Assembly (NCBI GenBank): GCA_030141605.1 | Contig: JAQGDQ010002381.1 | Location: 62,001 to 126,000 of the forward strand | Direction of reading: 5' to 3' | Source of the DNA: Tubiluchus corallicola | Taxonomy: Eukaryota; Animalia; Priapulida | DNA length: 64,000 nucleotides | Part shown: piece after piece, positions 33,916 through 55,000 of the stretch | How positions within the stretch are numbered: position 1 is the stretch's first letter | Layout: each line of letters opens with the position of its first letter | The notes under the pieces: generated by a model | What the model saw: the letters and a program-made list of their open reading frames with translations, nothing else | Told to the model about the DNA's origin: nothing | Databases searched by the model: none | Made by a program: the position numbers and the translations under genes

Positions 33916-35887
33916 TCCTATTATACATATATATAATGTAAACATATATATATGTATACATTATATATATGTATGTATACATATATAATGCTCATCTGCG
34001 CTCTCGTACAAACTCACAAAGGGAATTTGAATCTTGTTAAAAGGACATAGGTATAGCCAACAAGGAAGACATTTTCTTATAGGACAGTGTTGAAGACAAA
34101 TCTCCAACAAATCAAGCCAACATATCAAAAAGTGTTTTATGTCTATATAATGCTCGCCTTGGCTCTCATTCGAAAACACAAAGGGAGTTTCAATCTTGCC
34201 AGAGGGACACGGGTATAGCCCACTAGAAAGGCATTTTTATAGGACAGGCAATCACAAATTCCTGAAAGGTAGTTAGTCATGTAACTGAACTTGATCACCG
34301 TCAGTAAAAATAATACCACAATATAGAATAGTTATTTAGTCCATTAGCAATTTAACTAAATAATGTCACAATGCTACCAAATCGTACACACTTTTAATTT
34401 TGCAGTTATGCACATGCAGCATGAACAGAAGTAAAATCAAACAGTGCTCTTCTGAGACGTCCCATTATCGTAATCATAAATAAGACAATGTGCCTTATCT
34501 CTACCTTACAGCTAACAAAGGTCCTGTGAAAAACGAAAACTTCTGTGTCTTAATGGGCCCTTTGTATTCTTTGCGATTTGAATGTGAGTCTTTGAATGTA
34601 AGTAAGACTCTGTTTATGTTTCCAAAGATCCTGAATACGTTCTACCACTTTCAGTAGTATGGAAATTATCGGCCTAAAACCGCTTGCAAATAGGCCTAAT
34701 CAATGAAAGTTCTAATGCAACATGCAGGTTTGTAAAAACGGCTTTTGCAGCTTCAATAAAAACCATTAACGGTAACTGCAAAATGAAATGAAGAATCATT
34801 TTAAAATCAGTTCAAAAGAAGACAAAACGAACTTACTAGTATCAGCAGAGTATTAAGAGAAAAACATGTGCAAGTCCTATTATGGCGCACTAGAGTTTTA
34901 TAAAATAGTTTTGTTTGTTTAGGTCGACGTGTCTGTCTTGGTGAAGCTTTGGCAAGAATGGAGCTGTTTTTATACTTCACGAGCATACTGCAAAACTTTG
35001 ACATTCAGCTACCCCCTGGTGCTCCTAAACCGAGCTTAGAACCACATTTTGGTTTCCTAGTGTCAGCTCCCGAACCTTATAAGATTCAAATGAATGTTCG
35101 TTAATCAACATTAATAAGATAGAATATAGCTGTACGTGAATAGAGAGAAAAATTACTTTAAAAAGAGTTGTTTTTTTTTGCTAAGTGCTGTCAGAAAAGT
35201 TTTAGTGTTAAAGAATTGTAAATTTAAAAAAATATTTAAGTAACGTTTTTTTGTGATTAGGTTTAAAACAGAAATAGTTTAAGTAAACATTTTCAGCATG
35301 AGAAAGCTGGTTGCAAACTAGATTTTACATGTTGGCAGTACTTGATGGCTTAAACTTGCTTTAACGTGAAATATAGATAATTACTCGATCTATCATCGTG
35401 AATTTTGTAATTTCTTTTGTTTACATGTGTCCAGTAGCCAATATTCAATAACTACTTGTGTGTTTTGCCTGAAAAACAAGCATCATAGAAATTCCGTTGC
35501 CTTACATTTGGTGAGGTATCACAGATTCAGCAGAATAAGATTTGCGCGTTAACATTTTCATTTCATTTTTTTATTTGAAACCTCTTGGCACCAGTGAATT
35601 ATAGTAGTTACCACTATATTACTTCAGAAGGCAGACGATAAAACACTTATAAAAATAAGGTTAGACGTTAGTAACGTCAAATCATATTTATTTGATTTTT
35701 TTCTTGTGCCATACAGATTGAAAATTTGTTTGTTTGTTGTTTTTTGTCTGTTATTTGTTTTTCGTGCATTGATTCGTTTGTTTGTGTGCTGATTCGCTTA
35801 CTTGCGTACCTGTTTATTCGTGTTTCTGCTAGTTTTCTCTCATTTTTTAAAATTATTTTCTTAATGACATTTTTATTTAGACTACAA

Positions 35888-36322
35888 CAGTGGCTGATTT
35901 AGGGGGTGTGCTCAAGGGGCCTGGGCCCTCCCTTTCACAGTAACAGTTACAACACACCAAATGAATATTTTCTCTGAATTATACGCATTACAACGATTTC
36001 CTAAATCCTAAAGATGCCTTATATCTGTAAAACTCATGTATCACCAGAAAACAAATGTAAATGATTGTACATTCATGTATGCTGTATAATGTTTATCAAT
36101 ATATTGGCATGTAATCTTAAATCAAAGGTGAAATGAAACCTGTTCTAAACTAGTGAGCGTCCTTGAAGAAATGGCTTTTAGAAGGCAGAAAAGTGGTCGA
36201 AATGCAGTAAAATGTGTTGTTGTCCGGGTGGACCTCGTTGGGGAGCTTACACCGCTCCCCCAACCCCCGTAAGTGCTTTTCTGTTGGACTCACCGTTGTT
36301 CTAAAACCTGTATCCGCCCCTA
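35888..36322. mobile_element. Old hAT-type MITE
   Basis: Degenerate TIRs CAGTGGCTGATTTAG / CTGTATCCGCCCCTA; degenerate 8-bp flanks GACTACAA / TATTACAT. Confidence 0.55.
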
Positions 36323-37449
36323 TATTACATAAGCGGCTATAACTAATACGGGAACAGAGAAATAGAAGCATTTGAAAACATAATTATATATCCGTTAGTT
36401 ATATACATTTGTAGATCCTTTTAAACTATGTCTTGTTAATTGCTATACTACAAACGCTTGTTTTTTTTCTGTATTTAAAAATAAAATTGTCATAAAACGG
36501 AATGTTGCAGTTGGTTACACTTATTTAATGTGAGCAGTGTGCTGTGTTGCGGGGAAAAGCAATGCATACTACTACTGTTGTTTCCAAAATATTTAAAAGA
36601 CAAGAAAAAGGGTACCTGATGTAGGTTTCAGAAAAATCGCCTTAAAAATTATACTACTTTACAGCAATTATATGTGTACATAGTGCTTGCGTTGAAAGGA
36701 ATTTTTGTTTGTTTTCATTTTAAATCTTCTGCAATACTGTTCTGACGGCGCCATTACATGACGTCACTACGACACGAAAATCAGGGGAAGAAAAGGCATT
36801 GCTAAATTATTTCCAAAAAAATATTCCATGCATATCCATATTACTTACCATTTCGCTTAACTGCTGGAAAGACTTATGTAACTAGAAATAACAATTTAAA
36901 ATATTCGTGCCAATTGGTAAAATGTCGCTGAGTCACCCTTCAGGGTGCGCCACTCAGTAACCAAAATGGTATTTCTAATCTTATTGACAAGATACAGTAA
37001 TTTAAAATTTTACTTAGTTAGTAACATGTATGCTAGGATGCTCTGATTATTTTTTCAAAAATTACTCAGTGTTATCTATGCTAGGATGCTCTGATTATTT
37101 TTTCAAACTTTGCTCAGTGTTATCTAAACTTGTTTCAAACGACCTACCATCAAAATGGCTGCCCCTAATGGTCATCGCGGGAGTAAATTTACACACTTTA
37201 TTCAGCGTTACAGCCGACGCAAACGACGATGCCGACTGCATGCAAAAAGACAGTGTGTAAATGGTATAAATTTCAAGACGAATTTTTTAAGCTTTATGTA
37301 AGTGGAGGTTTTTCTTGTGCTTTAAAAATTTACTTTTAAAATAATCTACAACCTCCTTGCATGAACGTAGTTTCTTCTTGCAAATCTCTGTCTCATTTCC
37401 ATCCTAGTGACCCATCAACTTATACCGGCCAATAATTAATATTACACTC

Positions 37450-37860
37450 GAGGGTTAGCAACCAGGAAGAGATTGTCAGAGTGCACTTAAATGTATCCAA
37501 GGTTTTTGATTGATTTCAACATGACGGTTTTTTTTCAAATTACATGCAGCCCATTATTAGATTGGCTAAAATAAAATAATATTTAGAGAGCTGTCATCAA
37601 AGTGTTGTCATTAAGGGATCTGAATGCCTCAGAAAGGATTCACGTAGAGGCGGGAGTCTCCAAGGATAGATTCTACGCCCACTGTTGTTTTGGTGTTCAT
37701 TAATGACACATCTGCAAACTTGGAGAATACTCTTCGTTGTTTACATACTTTTTTCTAACTCTCTCTCTTTTTTGTCCCCTGAAAAATATTAGCCTTGCAG
37801 TTGAAATCCTAAACTGTGACATTACTAAAATTCAAAACTTGGTATTCAAAGTGGTTAATA
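37450..37860 (+). mobile_element. Highly degenerate LINE reverse-transcriptase fragment
   Basis: Frameshifted remnants resembling LDxSKAFD (TTAAATGTATCCAAGGTTTTTGAT), QxVVIxG, AGVPQGSILGPLLF (GCGGGAGTCTCCAAGGATAGATTCTACGCCCACTGTTGTTT) and FIND. Confidence 0.65.
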
Positions 37861-38247
37861 ACAATGATGGTTCAAAAGTAGTTCAGTAAAATGCTGGAGG
37901 TATAATACTTTTTTCGTAATGCTGAAAATGAAGTAATGAATTGTATTTTCGACTATTAACACAGTGGCTTGCTCAGTGCTGTGTTATCTCCCGGAAACTC
38001 TATATCGAAGACAAAACCGACTGCAATTCTTTTAACACGTTAGTCTATTCAGGTATGTTAATTTAGTCTTTTTATTTTATTTAATTAGCTTTTATTCTGG
38101 GAAGACTTATTGCATAGTGATTGGTTTTTCTTTCTATTCAGTCGTGGTAATTTTTTATAGCTTGTTATATTTTAAATCAATGATGTTTTGCTTTTCATTT
38201 TCTTTTTTTCACTCTGGTGACCTACTGCCTTAACATTTTATCTGTAA

Positions 38248-38290
38248 TATTCATCTGATGAGGCCGTTAGGACGAAAACTCCTGAAATAA
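38248..38290 (+). ncRNA. Degenerate type-I hammerhead ribozyme-like motif (Penelope-type)
   Basis: TTCA t CTGATGA GGCC GTTA GGAC GAAA AC TC c TGAA followed by AATAAA; stem II has one mismatch and stem III is too short. Confidence 0.4.
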
Positions 38291-38812
38291 ATAAGTAATC
38301 TATTGTGAGATTATAAAGTGCATTCAACGTTTTATTCAGGCTAAAGATGGCAAGCCTCATGCGCATTTTTTTCACATTTTAGATGATTTAAAAAATTTGG
38401 CGCACGTTATTCCAAAACCGGTAGCCCTTAAAACAGCGCCCTCTTGCCCACGTATAAAACAAGTCTAGCATGACCTTGTACTTCAGTAGTCCACTCATAA
38501 GTGAGCTTAAAAATAGGTTTATTTCCGAATTTGCGAGTGCCGTTGCGCTCAGTTAAAGCTTGCTTGTGAGTCTTGTACATAACAGGCAGTACTGCTTAGC
38601 AATAAACAGTCAAATCTCGATATTAGCGTTGATTACATCATTTAAATGTGTTGATTTACATCTACAAACGTTATATTGTAGACACGTGTATAAAAAACAC
38701 GTCTTCAAAATTAGTGCGACGCTTTCAAATATCCCAAGCGGCCAAGGCAGTGAAATCTATTTTTAAAAAAATTGCAGTCTGTTGTGTTTAATGCAGCAAC
38801 ATCGACATTAGC

Positions 38813-46845
<8,033 letters not shown>

Positions 46846-48720
46846 AGTGTCGAACACCCACAAGTACAAGAGTTTCATATGAAAATCTGCATGATTGTTC
46901 ATGCAACGTAGGGTCAAGCGGTAAGGGGCTAGGCGCCTAGAGGAGAAGTTTCAGATGCAAAAGCAGGAACTTTTGCCATGGGAGGAATTCGGTCAGACGA
47001 AGAACTCTAATCTGGGGGGAAATGTATTCTATGCACTGTGTATACACCTATACTTAACCAAATGAACTGCTGCTAATATACACAAGTTAGTAAGCTGCGT
47101 GCAGACGAAAGTTAGAATTAAAACACATTGAAGTTTTGTGAAGATTTAATTAACTATCATCTTTTTCTATTAATGCACTTAAACATTGAAGTTTTGTGAT
47201 GATTCAATTAACTATCATCTTTTTTCTATTAATGCACTTAAAAAGAGGAGCTTTAAACTTGTAATTCTTTAGCAACTCATTTGGACATTAAATCATGTAC
47301 ATGTTTTATGACGAATTAAAATACTGATTTCGTTTTTCATTTGATTTAACTAATTCAAGATTAAAGTTGTTTTAATAATTAAAGTGCAGAGGCAGAAAAA
47401 TTAATGGAGTAAATTTAGGAAACCAGGAATCGCAAAGGTTGGCATGCGAATCAGAGCTCCGAGCGTCATTGGCTGGGGAATTGAACAAATACAGATGTTT
47501 CCAGAGCAAGGGTATACCTTGTTTTAGTCCTTTATTTCAAATACACGTTTTACGTAGCTTGATAGATATCCAACTCTAGAATGTAAATAAATAATAGACA
47601 GCAAATCATGTGTTCCAGTAAAAATGACAAAGAAAAATTATTAAAACACGGAAGACTACAATGAAATTATATTTGTTGTAGTTTTAATTATTATATATAT
47701 ATATAATTGTTATAATATATATATATATATAAATATTAGAAACCTAAATAATTACTGTTTAAATATAAATAAAAATAAAACGATGGGATGCTTTATCCTT
47801 TGATCTGAGGTCTGACAACTGTATAATTCTCGTCAACGCAACACGCCTTGCAAGTATCACAAGCCCTGGAATAAGAAAAAAAACCGTCTAATTATTATTA
47901 ATAAAATTGGATACTTTTAAACTGTTGATGTGTATCGATATTTTTATCATTTAACCGTTACATAGGATAAATGGTTGGGGCTTTCTGACAGTCTATTGTG
48001 GCTTTTTGACAATCTATTGTGGCTTTCTGACAATCTATATTTAGAGGTCATCTGATGCAACCGTAACCTGCAAAATTACAACCGTTAAAACAAAAAACCA
48101 AACAAACACAAAAACAAACAAATAAACAAACAGCAGACACAAACACACAAATAAACAAACAGACAAACAAGCAAGCAAACAGCTAAAACAAAAGCCAAAT
48201 TCCCATGCAGAGATTAAAAAGTCCTATTCAAAGTCCTATTCAATTTATTGTACTTACGATTTGATACTTACACACATTTCTCATGATATCCACACTGCTT
48301 AATTCTGGGATCGCATGGCCACACAAAACAGTAATACGTAACTGGAGCCCAACAACCTGTAACCAAGAAAACTCCTTTTACGAGTGTCGTGGTGGCTGTC
48401 TCTCTGCCGGAGTGCACCACCATAATGGACGTTCTCTATTACTTAATAAACATTTCCGAAATTTAACAACAATTACGACGTATCTGAACTGAAAACGTAG
48501 GTGGAAGTTCAAAACAAACAAGCGTAGGAGCGATTAGATGTAAGTAACCTCTTGCAAAAGTAATTCACCATTTGTTTTGATCCCGTTAATAGTAAGTGCA
48601 TTTAATCTAGACAACGGAATTCTAATTTATCACTGTAACAACTTGAAAGAACAGTACTCACCGCTTAGGAGACATTCATTTTCTGGTGGATGTTTCAATT
48701 TATCAAAAAAACTTGCAGCT

Positions 48721-48945
48721 GTCACTTCTAAATTAAAAAACACCAAACCGTATTACTGTAAGTTATGTACGTCTATACTGTACGGTACTTGTCAAAAAAC
48801 TTTCAGTTGTCACTTGTAAATTAAAACTACCATACCGTATTACTGTAAGTTATGTATGTCTATACTGTACGGTACTTGTCAAAAAACTTTTCGTTGTCAC
48901 TTCTAAATTAAAAAAACACCAAAGAGTATTACTCTAAGTTATTCT
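48721..48945. repeat. ~88-bp tandem repeat, ~2.5 copies
   Basis: GTCACTT(C/G)TAAATTAAAA...CGTATTACTGTAAGTTATGTA recurs. Confidence 0.8.
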
Positions 48946-49589
48946 TAACAAGTCTATAGATACTGTACGTATAGAACATAGATTCGTATAGAATACTATG
49001 ATTTCAAATTATAATAATGCAAACTTACCGTATCCTAAGTTAGCAACTAGCCCCACAAAAACACAAACCATGAAAATTGTCTTTGACGAATCCATTTCAA
49101 AATGTCTTGCAACGTTGTTGGCGTATAAATGTTTCTTAATTCAATTTCTGAAATTCAGTGTCTTTATGAATTCATTTACGACTGTACGTTGAGGTAACAT
49201 ACGTCCTGCAGTCTTGCTTCGACAGTAAACTATCGCATTAAATGTTCAAGGGTATGAGGGCTGTATATATACGTAATTCATACAAGACTCGTGCTCACAA
49301 ACAACAACATACAATAGTTTGTGGAACAGGATGCTGGTGTTTCCTTTTAGCTATTTAACTACTCACGACTACATGTAGTGTAATAACTGATCCGTGTAGC
49401 TTCTGAGAGCTCAAAAAGTTGTTACGTACGTAGCCTTTCTGCATCACAATTTTCTTAAGTATAGACCTACATTTATTAGAAACGAAAATACTTCGCTCAG
49501 ACGGAAACTTGTAAACACAAAACATCACAGACATTTTAATAGTCCAGCAGGGAACATCTCTTTGTTCATTGCCATCACCACTACATTCA

Positions 49590-49910
49590 CTAACAGCATC
49601 ACCATCACCATCATCGTCGTCGTCATCATCAACAACGACAACGACAACAGCAGCAGTAACAACAACAATAACATCATCGTGGTCATCAGCATCATCATCA
49701 TCATCAACGACAACGACAATAACAACAACAGCAGCAGCAACAACAATAACAATAACATCGTCGTGGTCATCAGCATCATCATCATCATCCTCACCATCAT
49801 CATCAACGACAACAACAACAACAGCAGCAGCAGCAGCAGCAACAACAACAACAATAACCTCGTCGTGGTCATCAGCATCATCATCATCATCATGATTGAC
49901 GATAACAACA
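49590..49910. repeat. Compound trinucleotide tract (CAT/CAA/CAG/CGT)
   Basis: Blocks recur around TCGTGGTCATCAGCATCATC three times. Confidence 0.85.
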
Positions 49911-50556
49911 GGTACATTCGTGGGCATTGCTTAAGGTACTATGAGGCCAACCCTTATGTACATAAATGATAAAAAACCATCAAACATAATTATTAGAATC
50001 TATAGTTTAACGAGTGATTATTATTTTTCTAAAACGTCACGGATATTAACATTCTGTACAGGAAAACAATCAAAGCTATACATAACAAAACTAATTCCTC
50101 ATAATCAGGCTGACTTGAGCCAGTAATATAGCAAATTATGTTCAAAAAACACAGTGAAATTGTCAACGAATTACAGATTATTTAATACATGATACTTAAT
50201 CAATAGATAATTAACGTTTAATAAAATTAATTTACTGTCAGTAATTGTCAAAGAGTTTCGTTCACCAACTTAAGAAAACGAAACAAACACTGCACAAACC
50301 GTTTAAACAAATTAAACTGCATACAGTTTTTCGCTGTTCAGAAACTGAGGTTTACATTACCAAAATTATTATGCTTAATGAATGAATAGTTTAATAATAC
50401 TTGTTAATGAAGTATAGAGTTACCATAATAAAAAGTCATCAATCATCGAAAAACATGCTTTCAACGATTGTTGGCCATCTTTATTACACTAAACTGCGTT
50501 CAAAATCAAGTAGTCGAATATTTTAACCACTTATCGTGAATCCACTTTGTTGCGTA

Positions 50557-50958
50557 CAGGGGCGTATCAATACTTTACAGCGTCCTAGGCTGATTATTCT
50601 GTCTGGTCCATTTCTATTGCGAACTTATATAATGAGCACGATAAACAATTACTTGTGGTGTATTAGAAACACTATTAACCTAGTTTTACGTGGTCATTAT
50701 TATTAACATGTATTTGCACAGCGCAGGCTGCGCAACTGCTTTTTGTGTAATACCTTGCACCTGTTCGTTATGTGGCACTTATATAAAAGTTGCTCTCACT
50801 AATATAAAATGATGTATTAGAAAATGCGCCCTTTACATGAATATGAAAGTACACACATTTTCCAAGTAAAATAAGAATTTTTTCTAAAACGTGACGCTCT
50901 TCGGACCTTTGGCGCCCTAGGCTTTAGCCTAGTTAGCCTATTTGTTAATACGCCCATT
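50557..50958. mobile_element. Old hAT-type MITE
   Basis: CAGGGGCGTATC / AATACGCCCATT termini; flanks GTTGCGTA / ATTGTATA; subterminal GCG(T/C)CCTAGGC. Confidence 0.55.
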
Positions 50959-51199
50959 ATTGTATACAATGTCTGCGAGCAAACAAGAAAAGAACATTAC
51001 GTTAAAATTGCAACCCAACATAAATCATCACAATTATTTTGCAACGTGAAAGACCTGCCTACTACACAAATACAAACTTTATCGTGAACTACATAAGTTA
51101 TCAAAGCACGCAAGAAAAGCCTGCCACATTGATTCGGAATTCAAGAGATGATTTCGTCTTAAATGAATTCTACAAAATTTATAATGTAATATTCTCTCA

Positions 51200-51827
51200 A
51201 GTATGGGCCATAATCGTAATGACATAGTAGCTAAAACTCTGATCAATACATATTGTCTACCCAATGTCTACCATACATATTTGTTATACGGATGCGAAAT
51301 TGGGGGTATATCAGACAATGAAGTTAATGCCATTAGGGTAAAATGGAACACTGCTTATAGAAAAATATTCGATTTTAGACAAAATGAAAGCGTCAAATTG
51401 TTAATGTATTTTTGTGGCGCATTGCCTGCGAGTTATTTAGTAGATAGTCGAAAATTAAACTTTGTGAGAAAAATTGTAAACTCCTGCACATTGAGAATTC
51501 CAAAGCCATGCTACTATGTAAATAACAGTCAAGTAACTTTAAGATTTAAACATGGTTGTACTGTAGCTCTAAATCCTAAACGAAAATGTAAAATTAAAGG
51601 TTAAGAACTCATTTAAAGATTATGTTTTAAGATATCTATTATAGCTCCTTACAACACTGTATAATGTAATATAATTACAAGGGAACTACAATGTGTGGTT
51701 ATTATAAAGTTGAATGTCTGTAGATATGTTATTTTACTAATATCGCATTACCTGTTTTACTAACATTTTTATCTTTGTGAGCTGTATATTTTTTATACGA
51801 AATAAACTCATAATAACAATAATAATT
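51200..51827 (+). mobile_element. 5'-truncated LINE 3' end
   Basis: TYCLP..LLYGCE....WNTAYRKIF...SRKLNF resembles an ORF2 C-terminus; ends AATAAA plus (AAT)n-like tail. Confidence 0.7.
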
Positions 51828-52027
51828 GTAAGTTTCTGTGAAATAATAGTTAAGTTGAAAAGAATTTGGCAGTAGCTATTCACACACTTGCGGGGCAGGC
51901 GGGGCAGAGGACACAATCGATTACAGTGCCATGCCCACAGTGGCTATTTTGGATGGCATCAAGAAAACTTAACACACAGTATTATAAGACATAATAATAT
52001 TTACATTTCAGACTTGCACTGGCATTA

Positions 52028-55000
52028 TCATGCCACGCAAGTTAGTTTATCAACAGTTTCACGACATTCTTCACATTTTACTTCGCAACACCATTCGAAT
52101 TTACAATTGCAGCTTGTAAACAGTTGCAGGGTCTGTCGGCGAACTTTCAAACCGCAGTTTTTACACAAGGTTTTACAGCTTCGTCTCTCTGATTGTGAAA
52201 TTTCTTTTCCCTTTCGTTTAGAGCAAAGCCTGCCCGCTGTTCCAACATGTCCTGTAATTCATTGAAAGCCACATAAATTTGTATTGTGAACTGATACACA
52301 TTTGTCTTAAAAAAACCCAAGAATGCAGCGACAATAAGATCAAGATTAAGCTTATAGTTATGAGAACTTTTTTACCTATTCTAAATTTGACAGTACATGT
52401 TTACGTCATGATACTTTTATTAATTTAGCAAACTGATAAATGTGCATCAGCGCTTGGTATTAAAAATAAAATTTATTATGTGAAGAAAGACTTTGTTCAT
52501 CTAACTGGGCACCAAGTCAAAGGATGTAATAATCATTATGCTATATATGGGTCGCAGAAACAGAGGCTTAAAAGTTTAGCACCAAAACGCCAAAAGATTG
52601 AGTTCAACTAACGAAACGGTTAAACATCTCGCATAAAAAAGCTAAACAAGAAACTTCATGACCCATTTGTTACTGTCAATGAAAAATGATAGGAATGCTT
52701 ACAGAAAGCCGCGATTTTGTTTCAATATAAATATATGCATAACCTGTATTCTGAGGATTACCCACATATCACAATACCGAAAGTAAAGTAAAGTAAAGTA
52801 AAGTAAAGTAAAGTAAAGTAAAGTAAAGTAAAGTAAAGTAAAGTAAAGTAAAGTAAAGTAAAGTAAAGTAAAGTAAAGTAAAGTAAAGTAAAGTAAAGTA
52901 AAGTAAAGTAAAGTAAAGTAAAGTAAAGTAAAGTAAAGTAAAGTAAAGTAAAGTAAAGTAAAGTAAAGTAAAGTAAAGTAAAGTAAAGTAAAGTAAAGTA
53001 AAGTAAAGTAAAGTAAAACAAAGTAAGGTAAAGCAAAGCAAAGTAAAGTAAGGCAAAGTAAAGTAAAGTAAAGTAAAGTAAAGTAAAGTACAGTAAAGTA
53101 AAGTAAAGTAAAGTAAAGTAAAGTAAAGTAAAGTAAAGTAAAGTAAAGTAAAGTAAAGTAAAGTAAAGTAAAGTAAAGTAAAGTAAAGTAAAGTAAAGTA
53201 AAGTAAAGTAAAGTAAAGTAAAAGTAAAGTAAAGTAAAGTAAAGTAAAGTAAAGTAAAGTAAAGTAAAGTAAAGTAAAGTAAAGTAAAGTAAAGTAAAGT
53301 AAAGTAAAGTAAAGTAAAGTAAAGTAAAGTAAAGTAAATTAATGTAAAGCAAAGCAAAGAAAAGCAAAGTAAAGTAAAGCAAAGCAAAGTAAAGTAACAC
53401 AAAGTAAAGCAAAGCAAAGCAAAATACGGCAAAGTGAAGTAAAGAAAAGTAAATTAACTTTAAGCAAAATATGGCAAAGTAAAGTAAAGTAAAAATAATG
53501 CAAAACAAAGTAAAGCTAAGTATATTGTAAAGTTGTAAAGTTGAGTAAGGTAAGGTAAAGTTAGACAAAGAAAAATAAATTAAACATCGTACCGGACTTC
53601 ATACCTTCTGTAATATTAGCTTTGCAATAGTCATGGGATGGTTCCAAATAGACGAGACTCCTCCTTTTTAGGGAAGGTATTTCTTCAATACGTCCTGTAT
53701 TCATCAATTTCAATTCGCCGTTTTTATAGTCAACTTTCACCGCTTTCCAGTATCTCTTCTTCAAGTAATCGCCAACTTTCCGGAAATCGGACAACTGCAG
53801 CCAACATGTTTGCGTCGAACAACTTCCGGATACGCCGTGGCACTTGCAGGTTCGTTTTAGAGTATGGCGGACCGCCTGATAACAACAAATTTTGCTCTTT
53901 AATCTTGACCATAATCAATGCAAACAAATATTCTAGTAGACGTAAGTTAAAACATACTGCAAGAGCAATCTGTATTTCAATTTAGAGATAGCATGTACTT
54001 CTACGACCTTCGACACGTGATCAATTGTTTCTTTGGCTGTTGCTGCATTTGGCCGTTAGGCAACTTTTGCAATCGAGTTTTCTAGTTATTCAGTTTTGTA
54101 ACAAATAAAAATAAAATTCAACAACAAACAACTTAAAAAATAAATTCAAGCCAGAAATTCAAAAAATATTATATTTATTAATCAAAGAGGCGTCACTTTA
54201 AAATACCTCATCTTTCTTACCAGTAGATAGCACCACGTTATGCATATTACGCTATTACTAGCGCTGTTTACGTGGTAGAGTCCCCATCTACTAAAATCAG
54301 TGTTAAACTAAAAAAGTTAGTACGCCTTTAATTTCAATTATTCATAATTTCTATTATTACACTTTGCGTTAAGTAGTGAAAATATTCAATTGTGCTTTAC
54401 TATGTTAATATAAATAAAGGTGTTAAGTGAACTTACTGCTCTCCCTGCTTTATTATTGTGCAGATTCATCAAAGCTGTTGCATCTTTCCCAGTTTCCAAA
54501 GCGTCTACGAACTGCTTACTTATTTGCTCTCCAAATTTGACATTGTCACTGCACCCACCCCAAGTCCAGCCCGGAGCTGCTATAACAAAACAAAACACAA
54601 AGATGGCAGAAACAAAGTATTAAGAAACAAACTGCGAAGATATTTGACAGGTAGAATTTTCCATAGATGTAATTTCTAGGTGTCAACTAAACTAAACTAA
54701 ACTAAACTAAACTAAACTAAACTAAACTAAACTAAACTAAACTAAACTAAACTAAACTAAACTAAACTAAACTAAACTAAACTAAACTAAACTAAACTAA
54801 ACTAAACTAAACTAAACTAAACTAAACTATACTATACTAAATATGGAACTATATAATAAAACGCCTTTCAGAGCAAAAATGATCAGTCACGATGTGTTAA
54901 TACCAAGAGACATCTATATCATACACCTATTCCGAGATTTCAAAGACTATTCACTTCAGTTTACACGTCTTTTTGCACAGTTTCGCAACTTGGTAAGACG

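Larger units (their letters stand above)
27741..35104 (+). pseudogene. Cytochrome P450 clan 2, gene B; probable pseudogene (exon 3 truncated)
   Basis: Exons 27741-28074, 29107-29461, 31281-~31372 (broken), 32729-32953, 33231-33446, 34923-35104; motifs PPGPVGWP, WKEQR, FFAGTETT, EIQR, FRPERH, FSVGRRVCLG intact; exon 3 leaves homology after YNPDD and reaches TAA at 31387-31389. Confidence 0.8.

Noticed and set aside
49355-49969. Asp/Val-rich and Ser/Thr-rich ORFs
   Set aside because: Compound trinucleotide repeat open in several frames on both strands, with no splice or domain support
52699-53568. 289-aa (LLYFT)n ORF and similar poly-I, poly-Y, FLSF and HSFI ORFs
   Set aside because: Microsatellite translations
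54685-54829. (TTTAG)n as an interstitial telomere
   Set aside because: Does not match TTAGG or TTAGGG; one of many AT-rich pentamer microsatellites here
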